Shown here piece by piece: positions 28,226-37,373 of a stretch of DNA of 64,000 nucleotides (its first letter is position 1; the number at the start of each line of letters is the position of its first letter). The translations under genes and the position numbers were made by a program. The stretch covers positions 640,001 through 704,000 of the forward strand of contig CAXXXD010000003.1 of the NCBI GenBank assembly GCA_963663385.2, in the 5' to 3' direction. Origin of the DNA: Oceanispirochaeta sp. GTDB taxonomy: Bacteria; Spirochaetota; Spirochaetia; DSM-2461. The notes below the pieces were generated by a model. That model was not told the DNA's origin, ran no database searches, and saw only the letters and a program-made list of their open reading frames with translations.

Positions 28226-29823
28226 GCGCTCTTTTCCTTCTGAACTTTGCGCAGTTTCTGTACAAGCCTGGTAACATCGCCGCTTTCCAGGGCTTTACGG
28301 GCCATTTTATACCCCTCTTCAATTGATTCGGTCTTGCCGTATACAAAGGCGGCTGCCCCTGCATTGAGATAACAGGCTTCTTTCAGGGCCCGGCTGCCTT
28401 TTCCCTTCAGCATGGCAATCGCCGCCCTGGCATTGGCCTCAGCGCTGCCCCCGACCAGATCCTCTGTTTTTATACCGCTGATCCCCACATCGGAAGGATG
28501 GAAGGTGGTATCGGTTTCTATCCCGTGCTCATCTATAAAGAAAATCCTTGTGGGAGCCGCCGGGGATATTTCATCCAGGCCGTCTTCGCTGTGTACGGCC
28601 ATCACCCTCTGGACACCAAGCAGACGGGCTGCCCTGGCCAGAACGGGACAGAGCTCCCTGTCCCATACCCCTATAAGCTGGCATTCTGCTTCCGCCGGAT
28701 TGGAGAGGGGGCCGATCAGGTTCATTATGGTTTTAATCCCCATCTCCCTCCTGACGGGAGCGGCAAAACGCATGGCCCCGTGGAAGATAGGGGCAAAGAG
28801 GAAGGAAAAACCATATTTTTTCACCATTTCAGCCGCTTCTTCCGGGTCGCTGTCTACAGGTATGCTCAGGCTTTTGTAAAAATCAAAACTCCCGCTCCTG
28901 GAACTGACCGCCCGGTTCCCGTGTTTGGCTACCGGAACACCGCAGGCTGCCATAATCAGGGCTGAAAAGGAGGAAATATTAAAAGTCCCTCTCCCGTCTC
29001 CGCCTGTTCCGACAATATCCACGGACTTTCCGGGGATATGAACTTTCAGTTTCTTTTTTGCCAGTATCCTGGCGCAGCCGGCGACTTCCTGGGGACGGAT
29101 GCCTTTGGCGTTAAGGGCGGTCAGCATGGAGGCCATAAAGGCTTCCGACAGGTTTCCTTCGGTCAGTTCATCCATAAAATCGGCCGCTTCCTTTTCACTC
29201 AGATCCTGCCTATCCAGAACCTTTTTCAGAAGAGCCGTTTTGGCAAGAGGTTCCCTTTTGTATTTCAGGAAGTTTTTTAAAAGCTGATGACCCTGTTCGC
29301 TTCCGATCGATTCGGGGTGAAACTGCACGCCTTCCAGAGTATGGGATTTGTGGCGTATACCCATTATCTCTCCGTCTGCAGAACGTGCAGTAATCTCCAG
29401 GCATTCGGGGAGACTGGCTTCTTCGGCCGCCAGGGAGTGATAGCGTGTATAGGGTGTATTCCGGGGGATATTACGGAACAGCCCTTTTCCGTCATGCTCC
29501 ATAGGCTCCACTTTTCCGTGAACAATCCGTGCGGCGGATACTATTTTTCCACCCAGGGCCTGAACTATAGCCTGGTGTCCCAGACAGATTCCCAGAATGG
29601 GAACTTTGCCGTTGAAATATCTGATTGTATCCAGGGATATGCCCGCTTCTTCCGGTCTGCCCGGACCGGGGGATATGATGATATGGTCCGGGTTCAGATT
29701 TTTAAGGTCCTGAAGGGTGATTTTATCATTTCGGTAGACCTGTATCTCATCCCCGGTAATCTCTTTCAGGTACTGGTAGATATTGAAGGTGAAGGAGTCG
29801 TAGTTATCAATCATTACAATCAT
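28222..29823 (-). CDS. trpGD: Bifunctional anthranilate synthase component II / anthranilate phosphoribosyltransferase
   Basis: [15 protein letters not shown] and QFHPES (TrpG); DIVGTGGDG and KHGNR (TrpD). Confidence 0.95.
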   Translation of the reverse strand: MIVMIDNYDSFTFNIYQYLKEITGDEIQVYRNDKITLQDLKNLNPDHIIISPGPGRPEEAGISLDTIRYFNGKVPILGICLGHQAIVQALGGKIVSAARIVHGKVEPMEHDGKGLFRNIPRNTPYTRYHSLAAEEASLPECLEITARSADGEIMGIRHKSHTLEGVQFHPESIGSEQGHQLLKNFLKYKREPLAKTALLKKVLDRQDLSEKEAADFMDELTEGNLSEAFMASMLTALNAKGIRPQEVAGCARILAKKKLKVHIPGKSVDIVGTGGDGRGTFNISSFSALIMAACGVPVAKHGNRAVSSRSGSFDFYKSLSIPVDSDPEEAAEMVKKYGFSFLFAPIFHGAMRFAAPVRREMGIKTIMNLIGPLSNPAEAECQLIGVWDRELCPVLARAARLLGVQRVMAVHSEDGLDEISPAAPTRIFFIDEHGIETDTTFHPSDVGISGIKTEDLVGGSAEANARAAIAMLKGKGSRALKEACYLNAGAAAFVYGKTESIEEGYKMARKALESGDVTRLVQKLRKVQKEKSA

Positions 29824-29825
29824 GG

Positions 29826-31238
29826 TTAAACCTCTATTCCGGCGGCCAGTGCGATGGCCCGCATTTTTTCTTTGGTCTCTTCCAGCTCTCTGGCCGGGTC
29901 GGAATCGTATACTATGCCTCCCCCTGCCTGAAGGTAGAGGAAGTCATCTTTTTTTAATGCGCTGCGGATGGTTATGCAGCTGTCCAGACTCCCGTCGGCT
30001 CCCATATAGCCGACCAGCCCGGCATAAAAGCCCCGGTTGATCTTTTCCATCCGGCTAATGGTTTTTATAGCCTGGATTTTCGGGGCCCCCGAGACGGTCC
30101 CGGCCGGGAAGGTCGCCCTTATAACGTCTCCCGCACTGACACCCTCTTTCAGGTCTCCCACTACTTCCGATACAATATGCATTACCTTGGAGTACCGCTC
30201 GATGCACATCATTTCGCTGATCCTGATAGTGCCGGCCCGGCAGACCCTCCCCAGATCGTTCCGGGCCAGGTCTACCAGCATGATATGTTCGGCTCTCTCC
30301 TTTTCATCCGAGAGCAGTTCCTTTTCCAGGGCTCTGTCTTCTTTCTCATTCCTGCCGCGTCGTCTTGTTCCGGCAATCGGGCGTATGATCGCCTGGCCGT
30401 GTTCCACTTTTACATGCACTTCCGGAGAGGCCCCCAGTAACTGGTATCTGCCGAAATCCAGGTAGAACTGGTAGGGGGAGGGGTTGCTGGACCGCAGGTT
30501 GCGGTAGGCATCCATGGCGCTCTGTTCCGTATGAACCGTCAGACGCCGGGAGGGAACAGCCTGAAGCAGGTTGCCTTTGATAATCTCCTCTTTCAGTTCT
30601 CCTACCATTTCCATATAAAACTTCTCATTTTCCGGGTCCGGCAGCAGGGTCCCTTTGCTGTTTCTGCTCTGCTCCGTCAGGTAGTTGAAGTTGAAATCAA
30701 AGATCTTCCTCTCCACCTCTTCCACGGCTTTCACCAGATCTGTTTCAAAGTCGGGGTAATTCAGACCGATCAGGGTTATCTCATCGGTGTAATGATCAAA
30801 AATCAGCATAACATGCCCGAAAAGGAACTCTCCCAGAGGAAGCCCCAGAGCATCTTCCCTGTCGGCAAAAGGGATATCATCGCAGTAGGCGGCAAACTCA
30901 AAGGAAAGGAATCCCAGGCCTCCTGCGGGTACGGGAAACTCCTCATCTATATCCTGATGGTAGGAAGCCATCTTTTCAAGGATATGGAGGATATCCTCGC
31001 CTTCATGGTTTATCCTTTCCTCTCCCCGGGAAGACCGTCTGTAGCAGATGTCCCCCTCCTGCACAATCCTGAAGGCTTCATCCACCAGAAGGATGGAGTA
31101 GCGGGAATGGCCGCCGGACAGGGAGGAGGACTCAAGAAGGCATCTGGCTTCCAGTTTGATAGACAGGGCGCAGGGGGTGAATTTATCTCCAGGCACCTTT
31201 TTATGGAAATATCTATTGGAACTGTTCTGTTCGGTCAT
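29826..31238 (-). CDS. trpE: Anthranilate synthase component I
   Basis: [36 protein letters not shown]. Confidence 0.95.
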   Translation of the reverse strand: MTEQNSSNRYFHKKVPGDKFTPCALSIKLEARCLLESSSLSGGHSRYSILLVDEAFRIVQEGDICYRRSSRGEERINHEGEDILHILEKMASYHQDIDEEFPVPAGGLGFLSFEFAAYCDDIPFADREDALGLPLGEFLFGHVMLIFDHYTDEITLIGLNYPDFETDLVKAVEEVERKIFDFNFNYLTEQSRNSKGTLLPDPENEKFYMEMVGELKEEIIKGNLLQAVPSRRLTVHTEQSAMDAYRNLRSSNPSPYQFYLDFGRYQLLGASPEVHVKVEHGQAIIRPIAGTRRRGRNEKEDRALEKELLSDEKERAEHIMLVDLARNDLGRVCRAGTIRISEMMCIERYSKVMHIVSEVVGDLKEGVSAGDVIRATFPAGTVSGAPKIQAIKTISRMEKINRGFYAGLVGYMGADGSLDSCITIRSALKKDDFLYLQAGGGIVYDSDPARELEETKEKMRAIALAAGIEV

Positions 31239-31288
31239 GGTCTTTTCTCCAAAGTGTATCTGCGTATAGAAACGTTCTTGTGTGTAGA

Positions 31289-31317
31289 AACATACTATGG
31301 AAAAGTGTTTCTGTCAA
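31289..31317 (-). promoter_or_regulatory. Putative sigma70 promoter of the trp operon
   Basis: TTGACA-N17-TATGTT on the minus strand, about 50 nt upstream of trpE. Confidence 0.55.
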
Positions 31318-31349
31318 GAGATACGTATGGAAAATGAGCTGTTCCGAAA

Positions 31350-31994
31350 TTACTGTATGACTGTACCGTTACCGGGAGGGGGAGGAGGTGGACCGGGTTT
31401 CTGTGAGGCTCCGCCTTTTTTCCGGGAGGGTTTCATACCGATAACATTCAGAAATATACCGTAGATGGCGCCGCAAAGGCCTCCGACTATATGGGACATT
31501 TGTGAAATATCATCAGTATTAACAATATTGATTACTTCCTTTACAAGGTATAAACCTAAAATGGCCAGGAAGGAGATGGGTATTTCCCTCTCCTTGGAAT
31601 TGGCAAAGGAGGTAAGGAGAATCATCATAAAGGCGATGCCGCTGGCGCCCAGGAGTTCGGTCGGGAAGAAAAGGGCATTCAGGATGCCGTTTATCAGGGT
31701 CGTCATGATCATCATCAGGGCCATGCGTCCGCTGCCGTATTTCTCCTCCAGTACCGGTCCCAGGAGGAGGATGAATGTAAGATTGCTGATCAGATGGTCC
31801 CAGTTGGCATGGCCGAAGGCATGGGTTACCAGGCGTATATAGGCCGGGAAGTCATCCAGCTTGAACGTTAATGCCCCCTCCGCCGTGAAAACGCCCTGAA
31901 CCATTCCGGGAACAAGGTATTGATCGCACACCAGTATAAATGTGCATACCAGGGCAAAGCTGAGGGAAACGGGGGCATTGTACTTCAATCTCAT
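31350..31994 (-). CDS. Rhomboid-family intramembrane serine protease
   Basis: HxxxxHxxxN (HANWDHLISN), GASG nucleophile, SHIVGGLCG catalytic His. Confidence 0.85.
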   Translation of the reverse strand: MRLKYNAPVSLSFALVCTFILVCDQYLVPGMVQGVFTAEGALTFKLDDFPAYIRLVTHAFGHANWDHLISNLTFILLLGPVLEEKYGSGRMALMMIMTTLINGILNALFFPTELLGASGIAFMMILLTSFANSKEREIPISFLAILGLYLVKEVINIVNTDDISQMSHIVGGLCGAIYGIFLNVIGMKPSRKKGGASQKPGPPPPPPGNGTVIQ

Positions 31995-32066
31995 CTATCG
32001 GGTTCTCCTGATTCGATTGTCGGTGGATTTACAGAGGCAGTTTACGTTAATTTTCCCCGGACGCCT

Positions 32067-32828
32067 CTATTTGAGAATCAGTTCTATGGGACAGTGATCA
32101 CTGCCCAATACTTCCTGATGGATAAGGCTGTCTTCCACCTGTTCCATAAATTCCGGGTTTGCGCACCAGTAATCGATCCTCCATCCCACATTCTTCTCAC
32201 GGGCTTTCATGCGGTAGGACCACCAGGTGTACTGTTCCGGTTCCTTGTGAAAATGACGGAAGGTATCCACCCAGCCGGATCCGGTAAAGTGGTCCATCCA
32301 GGCACGTTCTTCGGGCAGGTAGCCGGGATTTTTCTCATTGCTCTTGGGGTGGGTCAGGTCTATGGGTTTATGGGCCACATTGTAATCCCCGCAGATCAGG
32401 ACATTCTTTCCTTCCTTCACCAGGGTATCCGCCAGATTATGAACCGCTTTGTTAAAACCGATTTTATAATCCAGCCGGGCCCCTTCATGCTGTGAGTTGG
32501 GGAAATAGCAGTTGATCAGGGTAAACTCTTCAAATTCAGCCACCATGGTGCGGCCTTCCGCATCATATTCCGCTATGCCTAAATTGCTTACGGAAATAGG
32601 CTTTTCCTTTGAGTAGAGGGCTACTCCGCTGTATCCCTTCCTTTCGGCTGATACAAAATAGATATGGTAACCCTTTCTTTCCAGAAAGTGGGGTTTCAGC
32701 TGTTCCGGCCGGGCTTTGGTTTCCTGAAGACAGAGGATATCGGGACAGAAATCCTCCATCCACTCAAAAAGTCCTTTGCCCTCTGCGGCACGGATTCCAT
32801 TCACATTCCAGGATACAAGTTTTTTCAT
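32067..32828 (-). CDS. xth: Exodeoxyribonuclease III / AP endonuclease
   Basis: SWNVNGIRA, LCLQETK, GDYNVAH, GWRIDY, GSDHCP; start placed at MKKLVS after a GAGGT RBS. Confidence 0.95.
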   Translation of the reverse strand: MKKLVSWNVNGIRAAEGKGLFEWMEDFCPDILCLQETKARPEQLKPHFLERKGYHIYFVSAERKGYSGVALYSKEKPISVSNLGIAEYDAEGRTMVAEFEEFTLINCYFPNSQHEGARLDYKIGFNKAVHNLADTLVKEGKNVLICGDYNVAHKPIDLTHPKSNEKNPGYLPEERAWMDHFTGSGWVDTFRHFHKEPEQYTWWSYRMKAREKNVGWRIDYWCANPEFMEQVEDSLIHQEVLGSDHCPIELILK

Positions 32829-32925
32829 TTCTACCTCGCTATCCAAAGAATAGAAAACCCTGCTGCAGGTGTCAACAGATTGTATGAATTAAGGATTTTT
32901 ATATAAAATGGATTGGATGTGTCCG

Positions 32926-33261
32926 CTAGATCGCTTTTATAATCAGGGGGATAAACCCGCCCAGCATGGTAATAAACAGGGCTGAAAGGAACCCGTAGAG
33001 TCTGTTGAATCTCTGATTCATTGTTCTCTGGAGTTCTTCAAAACGTCTGTCAGAGTGCTGCATCATCAGCTCCAGCTTTTCATTCTGAAATTTAAGCTGT
33101 TGTTCCACTGTCACCATTCGTTCCAGTAATTCCGTATCCCTGCTTCTTTCCTGCTGGGGATAGGGGAATATATTCTGCTCTTTTATCCACTGGCCGATAT
33201 GGATCTTTACATAGTTCCCTATCTGTTCCAACTGATTCTGATCCACCTGCGCTTCTCCCAT
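32926..33261 (-). CDS. Small coiled-coil protein with a C-terminal membrane anchor
   Basis: 111 aa; GAGGAG RBS; heptad-like segment followed by a hydrophobic C-terminus. Confidence 0.7.
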   Translation of the reverse strand: MGEAQVDQNQLEQIGNYVKIHIGQWIKEQNIFPYPQQERSRDTELLERMVTVEQQLKFQNEKLELMMQHSDRRFEELQRTMNQRFNRLYGFLSALFITMLGGFIPLIIKAI

Positions 33262-33408
33262 TATTTTACTCCTCTATTATAATTGGTATTTCCTGTTTAA
33301 TACAGGGATTTGGTTATATCTGCTTCAATAAATCAGTTTCGAAAGATGATTCATTGACTTCACAGAAATCTGATAGGATACTCTGTAAACATAAAACAGG
33401 AGGCTTAA

Positions 33409-33486
33409 ATGGGGGATTCTGAACAAAGCGTGTTAATCGGCTGCATTGCAGACGACTTTATCGTGGATACGGCGGTAGAGGAATAA
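33409..33486 (+). pseudogene. Truncated N-terminus of a four-carbon acid sugar kinase (DUF1537/OtnK-like)
   Basis: AGGAGG RBS, then MGDSEQSVLIGCIADDFIVDTAVEE*; LIGCIADDF is the family N-terminal motif (normally continuing TGA-x-D). Confidence 0.55.
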
Positions 33487-33492
33487 CTTACA

Positions 33493-34068
33493 ATGAACAG
33501 GCTCCCCGTTGAATTTTACCTGCAAACACCCGATCCTGTCGCCCGGGAACTACTGGGAAAAATCCTCTTACGCCGACTCCCGGACGGTACGGTACTTTCC
33601 GGACGGATCTGTGAAACCGAAGCCTACAGCCAGGAGGATCCCGCCTCTCACTCCTATCCGGGTCCGACCAGACGGAACGCCCCCATGTTTGATAAGGGCG
33701 GAATCGCCTATATTTACCTTATCTATGGAATCCATCACTGCTTTAATGTGGTAACAGGACCGGCCGGGGAGGGAAGCGCCGTGCTGATCCGTTCCCTGAT
33801 TCCCCTGGAGGGAGCAGAGGCAATGCGGCGGAACCGGGGAGTACACAGAACAGCACGGGATGCTTCCCTCTGTGACGGTCCGGGGAAAATCTGCCGGGCC
33901 CTGAATCTTGATCTGGGCTGGAACGGGCATAATCTGTCCGAAGAGCCTCTCAGGATACTGGACGACGGCTCTACCGTATCTGATAAAGATGTGAAACTGA
34001 CTCCCCGTATCGGGATTACAAAAAATGCGGATCAGCTCAGACGGTATCTGTGGGTTCAGGGTGATTGA
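33493..34068 (+). CDS. DNA-3-methyladenine glycosylase (MPG/AAG family)
   Basis: ARELLGK, ETEAY, DPASHS, YIYLIYGIHHC, AVLIR, GPGK, RIGI. Confidence 0.95.
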   Translation: MNRLPVEFYLQTPDPVARELLGKILLRRLPDGTVLSGRICETEAYSQEDPASHSYPGPTRRNAPMFDKGGIAYIYLIYGIHHCFNVVTGPAGEGSAVLIRSLIPLEGAEAMRRNRGVHRTARDASLCDGPGKICRALNLDLGWNGHNLSEEPLRILDDGSTVSDKDVKLTPRIGITKNADQLRRYLWVQGD

Positions 34069-34104
34069 TGTTCTTACGAAATTCATAAATATATATAAAT
34101 CTAC

Positions 34105-34133
34105 TTGACCAGTTTTTACAGCAGGAGTATCAT
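34105..34133 (+). promoter_or_regulatory. Sigma70 promoter of the Ala-leader/aminotransferase unit
   Basis: TTGACC-N17-TATCAT; predicted +1 falls at or near the leader ATG (34140). Confidence 0.7.
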
Positions 34134-34139
34134 TGGCCA

Positions 34140-34226
34140 ATGAAATTGCGAGAACAACTGTCTATTAACAGTCATCTCAACGCAGCAGCGGCGGCAGCGG
34201 CCTCTTATGGAGGAATCGCCGGCTGA
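34140..34226 (+). CDS. Putative attenuator leader peptide with 7 consecutive Ala codons
   Basis: MKLREQLSINSHLNAAAAAAASYGGIAG*; GCA GCA GCG GCG GCA GCG GCC at 34182-34202. Confidence 0.8.
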   Translation: MKLREQLSINSHLNAAAAAAASYGGIAG

Positions 34227-34246
34227 GCTGTTAACTAGTTAATTAT

Positions 34247-34281
34247 GCCGCGGTTCCTGAGGGAACCGCGGCTTTTTTTTT
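34247..34281 (+). terminator. Attenuator terminator upstream of the aminotransferase
   Basis: GCCGCGGTTCC-TGAG-GGAACCGCGGC followed by 9 T, lying between the promoter and the CDS. Confidence 0.88.
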
Positions 34282-34332
34282 ACCAGAACAGCAGCGGTTC
34301 CCAAAGGACTCAGGCAGCACAAGGAGTGTATC

Positions 34333-35622
34333 ATGCGTCGAAACATTGTCTGGGAGGGAGCCGATCAGCTCCATTACGAAATTCGTGAAATTGTGGGGAC
34401 CGCCCACGGTCTTCAGCGTCTTGGAAGGGATATTATCTTCGAAAACATTGGAGACCCCGTGCAGAAAGGGGAGGAAGTCCCTCTCTGGATTCGGGATATT
34501 ATTACGGGACTGGCATCTGAAAGCAGCAGCTATGCCTACACCGCTACCGAAGGGGATCTGACTACCCGCCGGTATCTGGCTCAGAGTGTAAACGGCCGGG
34601 GAGGCTGTCAGATTACACCGGAGGATATAATCTTTTTTAACGGACTGGGGGATGCGGTTTCAACGGTATTTGCCTTTTTAAAGAGGGAAGCCCGGGTTAT
34701 CGGCCCTTCTCCGGCCTATTCCACGCTCTCATCGGCCGAAGCGGCTCATTCAGGCTATGCCCATACCACCTATACCCTTGATCCGGATAATAACTGGATG
34801 CCCGATCTGGAGGATCTGGAAAACAAGGTCCGCTATAATGACTCCATTGCGGGGATACTGCTGATCAACCCGGATAACCCTACCGGAGCTGTCTATCCGA
34901 AAGACATACTGCTGAAAATTGTGGATATCGCCCGGCGGTACGACCTTTTTGTTATCTGTGACGAAACCTATGCCCATATTGTCTATAACGGAGCGGACAG
35001 CTGCCACCTCAGCGAAGTGATCGGGGACGTTCCGGGAATAGCCATGCGGAGTATCAGCAAGGAGTACCCCTGGCCCGGCGGACGCTGCGGATGGATAGAG
35101 GTTTTCAACCGGGACAAAGATGAGAATTTCAATGAGTTTATCCAGACTCTGGTTAATGCCAAACGTCTGGAAGTCTGTTCCACAACCCTCCCTCAGCTCT
35201 CCATCCCCCTTGTGTACAGTGATCCCCGTTACTGGGAGCACCTGGAAAGGCGGAACAGAATCTTCGGAGAGCGGGCGGCGGAAGCGGCGGAAATTTTAAA
35301 TGCCGTACAGGGTGTTCAGGTGAATCTTCCCAGAGGCGCTTTCTACCTGACCGTGCTCCTGGATAAGGAGCGGATCCGGAACTTTATCCCTCTGCCCATG
35401 AGACGGGATGTGGAAGAGTATCTCAATGAGAAGATGGGACATGCCCCGGCAGATAAAAAGCTGGTCTACAACCTCCTGGGCGCTGTGGGGATCTGTACGG
35501 TTCCTCTGAGCGGATTCTGTTCAGATCTGCCCGGGTTCCGCTGTACTCTGCTGGAACAGGATGATGCCAAACGCCTTCAGATCTGGCATACCCTTGCGGA
35601 TGCCCTGAAGCGGATGCTTTAA
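34333..35622 (+). CDS. PLP-dependent class I/II aminotransferase, AlaA-like (probable alanine transaminase)
   Basis: YEIR and NIGDP N-terminal motifs resemble AlaA (YDIR, NIGNP); INPDNPTG, DETY, SISK (PLP Lys), GRCGW. Confidence 0.8.
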   Translation: MRRNIVWEGADQLHYEIREIVGTAHGLQRLGRDIIFENIGDPVQKGEEVPLWIRDIITGLASESSSYAYTATEGDLTTRRYLAQSVNGRGGCQITPEDIIFFNGLGDAVSTVFAFLKREARVIGPSPAYSTLSSAEAAHSGYAHTTYTLDPDNNWMPDLEDLENKVRYNDSIAGILLINPDNPTGAVYPKDILLKIVDIARRYDLFVICDETYAHIVYNGADSCHLSEVIGDVPGIAMRSISKEYPWPGGRCGWIEVFNRDKDENFNEFIQTLVNAKRLEVCSTTLPQLSIPLVYSDPRYWEHLERRNRIFGERAAEAAEILNAVQGVQVNLPRGAFYLTVLLDKERIRNFIPLPMRRDVEEYLNEKMGHAPADKKLVYNLLGAVGICTVPLSGFCSDLPGFRCTLLEQDDAKRLQIWHTLADALKRML

Positions 35623-35632
35623 AACTTCTTAA

Positions 35633-35788
35633 TTAATAGACGGGCCTCTCCCTGTATCTCCATATACTACCCTGACTGGTGAGTTTCTCCCTGAATTCCC
35701 GGTCGTGGGATACCAGAAGCAGGGTCCCGTCATATTCCGGCAATGCCGATTCCAGAAAGGCTATAGCCGAAAGATCCAGCGGAATATT
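35633..35788 (-). pseudogene. Fragment of an ABC-F family ATPase
   Basis: Translates as NIPLDLSAIAFLESALPEYDGTLLLVSHDREFREKL..., the ABC-F D-loop/H-loop region, with no upstream gene body. Confidence 0.7.
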
Positions 35789-35838
35789 CCATCTGATTAT
35801 CGCTTCCCTCTCCTATATTTAAATGGATATAATGAGTT

Positions 35839-36309
35839 ATGAATCAATTTAAAATACTGTTCGTCTGTCTGGGGAATATCTGCCGCTCTCCTCTGGCTCA
35901 TGCTGTTTTTGAAACAATGGCCGGCCGGGAAGGTCTGGATATATTTGTCGAATCCTGCGGAACCGGGAGCTGGCATACGGGAGAACCGGCTGATTCCCGT
36001 ATGAGGAGCACCGCCCGGGAGCATGGCGTAATCATCGACCACCTGGCCCGGCGCTTTCAACCCTCGGATCTGGATGAATATGACCTTATTGTCCCTATGG
36101 ATAAAAATAATCTGAAAGATCTGAAGCGTTATATGCATCCGGAACACCGGGATAAGGTTGTCCTTCTGCGGGACTGGGATCCGGAAGGTCCCGGGGAGGT
36201 CCCCGACCCCTGGTATGGCGGCCCCGAAGGTTTTGAAACTGTATTCACCATTGTGGAAAGAAGCTGTACCGCTCTTCTGGAAGACGTAAAATCCCGATTA
36301 ATACAATAA
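35839..36309 (+). CDS. Low-molecular-weight protein-tyrosine phosphatase
   Basis: FVCLGNICRSP P-loop and VPDPWYG. Confidence 0.95.
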   Translation: MNQFKILFVCLGNICRSPLAHAVFETMAGREGLDIFVESCGTGSWHTGEPADSRMRSTAREHGVIIDHLARRFQPSDLDEYDLIVPMDKNNLKDLKRYMHPEHRDKVVLLRDWDPEGPGEVPDPWYGGPEGFETVFTIVERSCTALLEDVKSRLIQ

Positions 36310-36314
36310 CCCCT

Positions 36315-36452
36315 CTCCCTCTGGGAGAGGGGATTAAGGGGAGAGGGTATTACCAGCAAGCTCCCTCTGGGAGAGGGTATTAAGGGGAGAGGGTATTACC
36401 AGCAAGCTCCCTCTGGGAGAGGGTATTAAGGGGAGAGGGTATTACCAGCAAG
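36315..36452. repeat. Three tandem 46-bp REP-like units
   Basis: CTCCCTCTGGGAGAGGG(G/T)ATTAAGGGGAGAGGGTATTACCAGCAAG at 36315, 36361 and 36407. Confidence 0.93.
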
Positions 36453-36471
36453 CTCAGTCAGGAGGTAAACC

Positions 36472-37365
36472 GTGAACCGTAAAAAACATCTGTCCTTGAA
36501 AAACGCCGTTGAATCCCTTTACGGCCCCGGGGTAGAGCCCGGAACCGAAAGAAGTGTCGGTGGGGGCTGTATTAACGATACGGGGATTCTGACCCTCAGT
36601 AATGGAGAAAAACTTTTTATCAAGCGGAACGGGAAAGCCCGGCTGGAACTGTTTGAACGGGAGGCTGACGGGCTGGATGCTCTGGGTGCGGTGGAAGGAG
36701 CCCCCCGTGTTCCGGAAGTGATGGCCCTGGGGGTGGACGGGGCGTTTTCTTTTCTGCTGATGGAGTTCCTGCCGTCTTCTTCCCGGAGAAAGGATTTCTG
36801 GGAGTGCTTCGGCCGGGAAATGGCAGTGCTGCACCGGAACGGCCGAAGCGATCTCTGCGGATTCATCCATGATAATCATATAGGCGCCACCCCGCAGATA
36901 AATACGCCTGTATCATCATGGTTTGATTTCTTCAGGATATACCGGATTGAATATCAACTCAGGCTCGCCCGGGACCGGGGACTGGCCGACAGCACCATGG
37001 TACGCGCTGTGAGCCGGACGGCAGAAAAACTGGATGACTACCTTATACCGCCGGATGATAACAGGCCATCCCTGCTTCACGGTGATCTGTGGAACGGGAA
37101 TTTTCTGGAAGGCCCCGAAGGGCGGGCCTGCCTGATCGATCCGGCTGCCCATTTCGGGCACAGAGAGGCTGATCTGGCCATGACAGAACTTTTCGGCGGA
37201 TTTGACAGGTCATTCTACAGCAGCTATAACGAGGCCTGGCCTCTGGAACCGGGCTATGCGGTCCGGCGGGATTTATATAATCTGTATCATATGCTGAACC
37301 ATCTGAATTTGTTTGGTGGGGGATATGCGGGAAGCGTTCAGGCGATTGCTTCCCGCTATGCCTGA
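36472..37365 (+). CDS. Fructosamine/ketosamine kinase family protein
   Basis: GGGCIN, FEREADGL, LLHGDLWNGN, IDPA, READLAMT; AGGAGG RBS before GTG. Confidence 0.92.
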   Translation: MNRKKHLSLKNAVESLYGPGVEPGTERSVGGGCINDTGILTLSNGEKLFIKRNGKARLELFEREADGLDALGAVEGAPRVPEVMALGVDGAFSFLLMEFLPSSSRRKDFWECFGREMAVLHRNGRSDLCGFIHDNHIGATPQINTPVSSWFDFFRIYRIEYQLRLARDRGLADSTMVRAVSRTAEKLDDYLIPPDDNRPSLLHGDLWNGNFLEGPEGRACLIDPAAHFGHREADLAMTELFGGFDRSFYSSYNEAWPLEPGYAVRRDLYNLYHMLNHLNLFGGGYAGSVQAIASRYA

Positions 37366-37373
37366 TTAGGCTG

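Noticed and set aside
31239..31349. Trp leader peptide or T-box before trpE
   Set aside because: No uORF with Trp codons, no T-box motif and no terminator hairpin in the short leader.
36315..36452. Possible CRISPR array
   Set aside because: The units are contiguous and near-identical with no unique spacers, and no cas genes are present; it is a tandem REP-like repeat.
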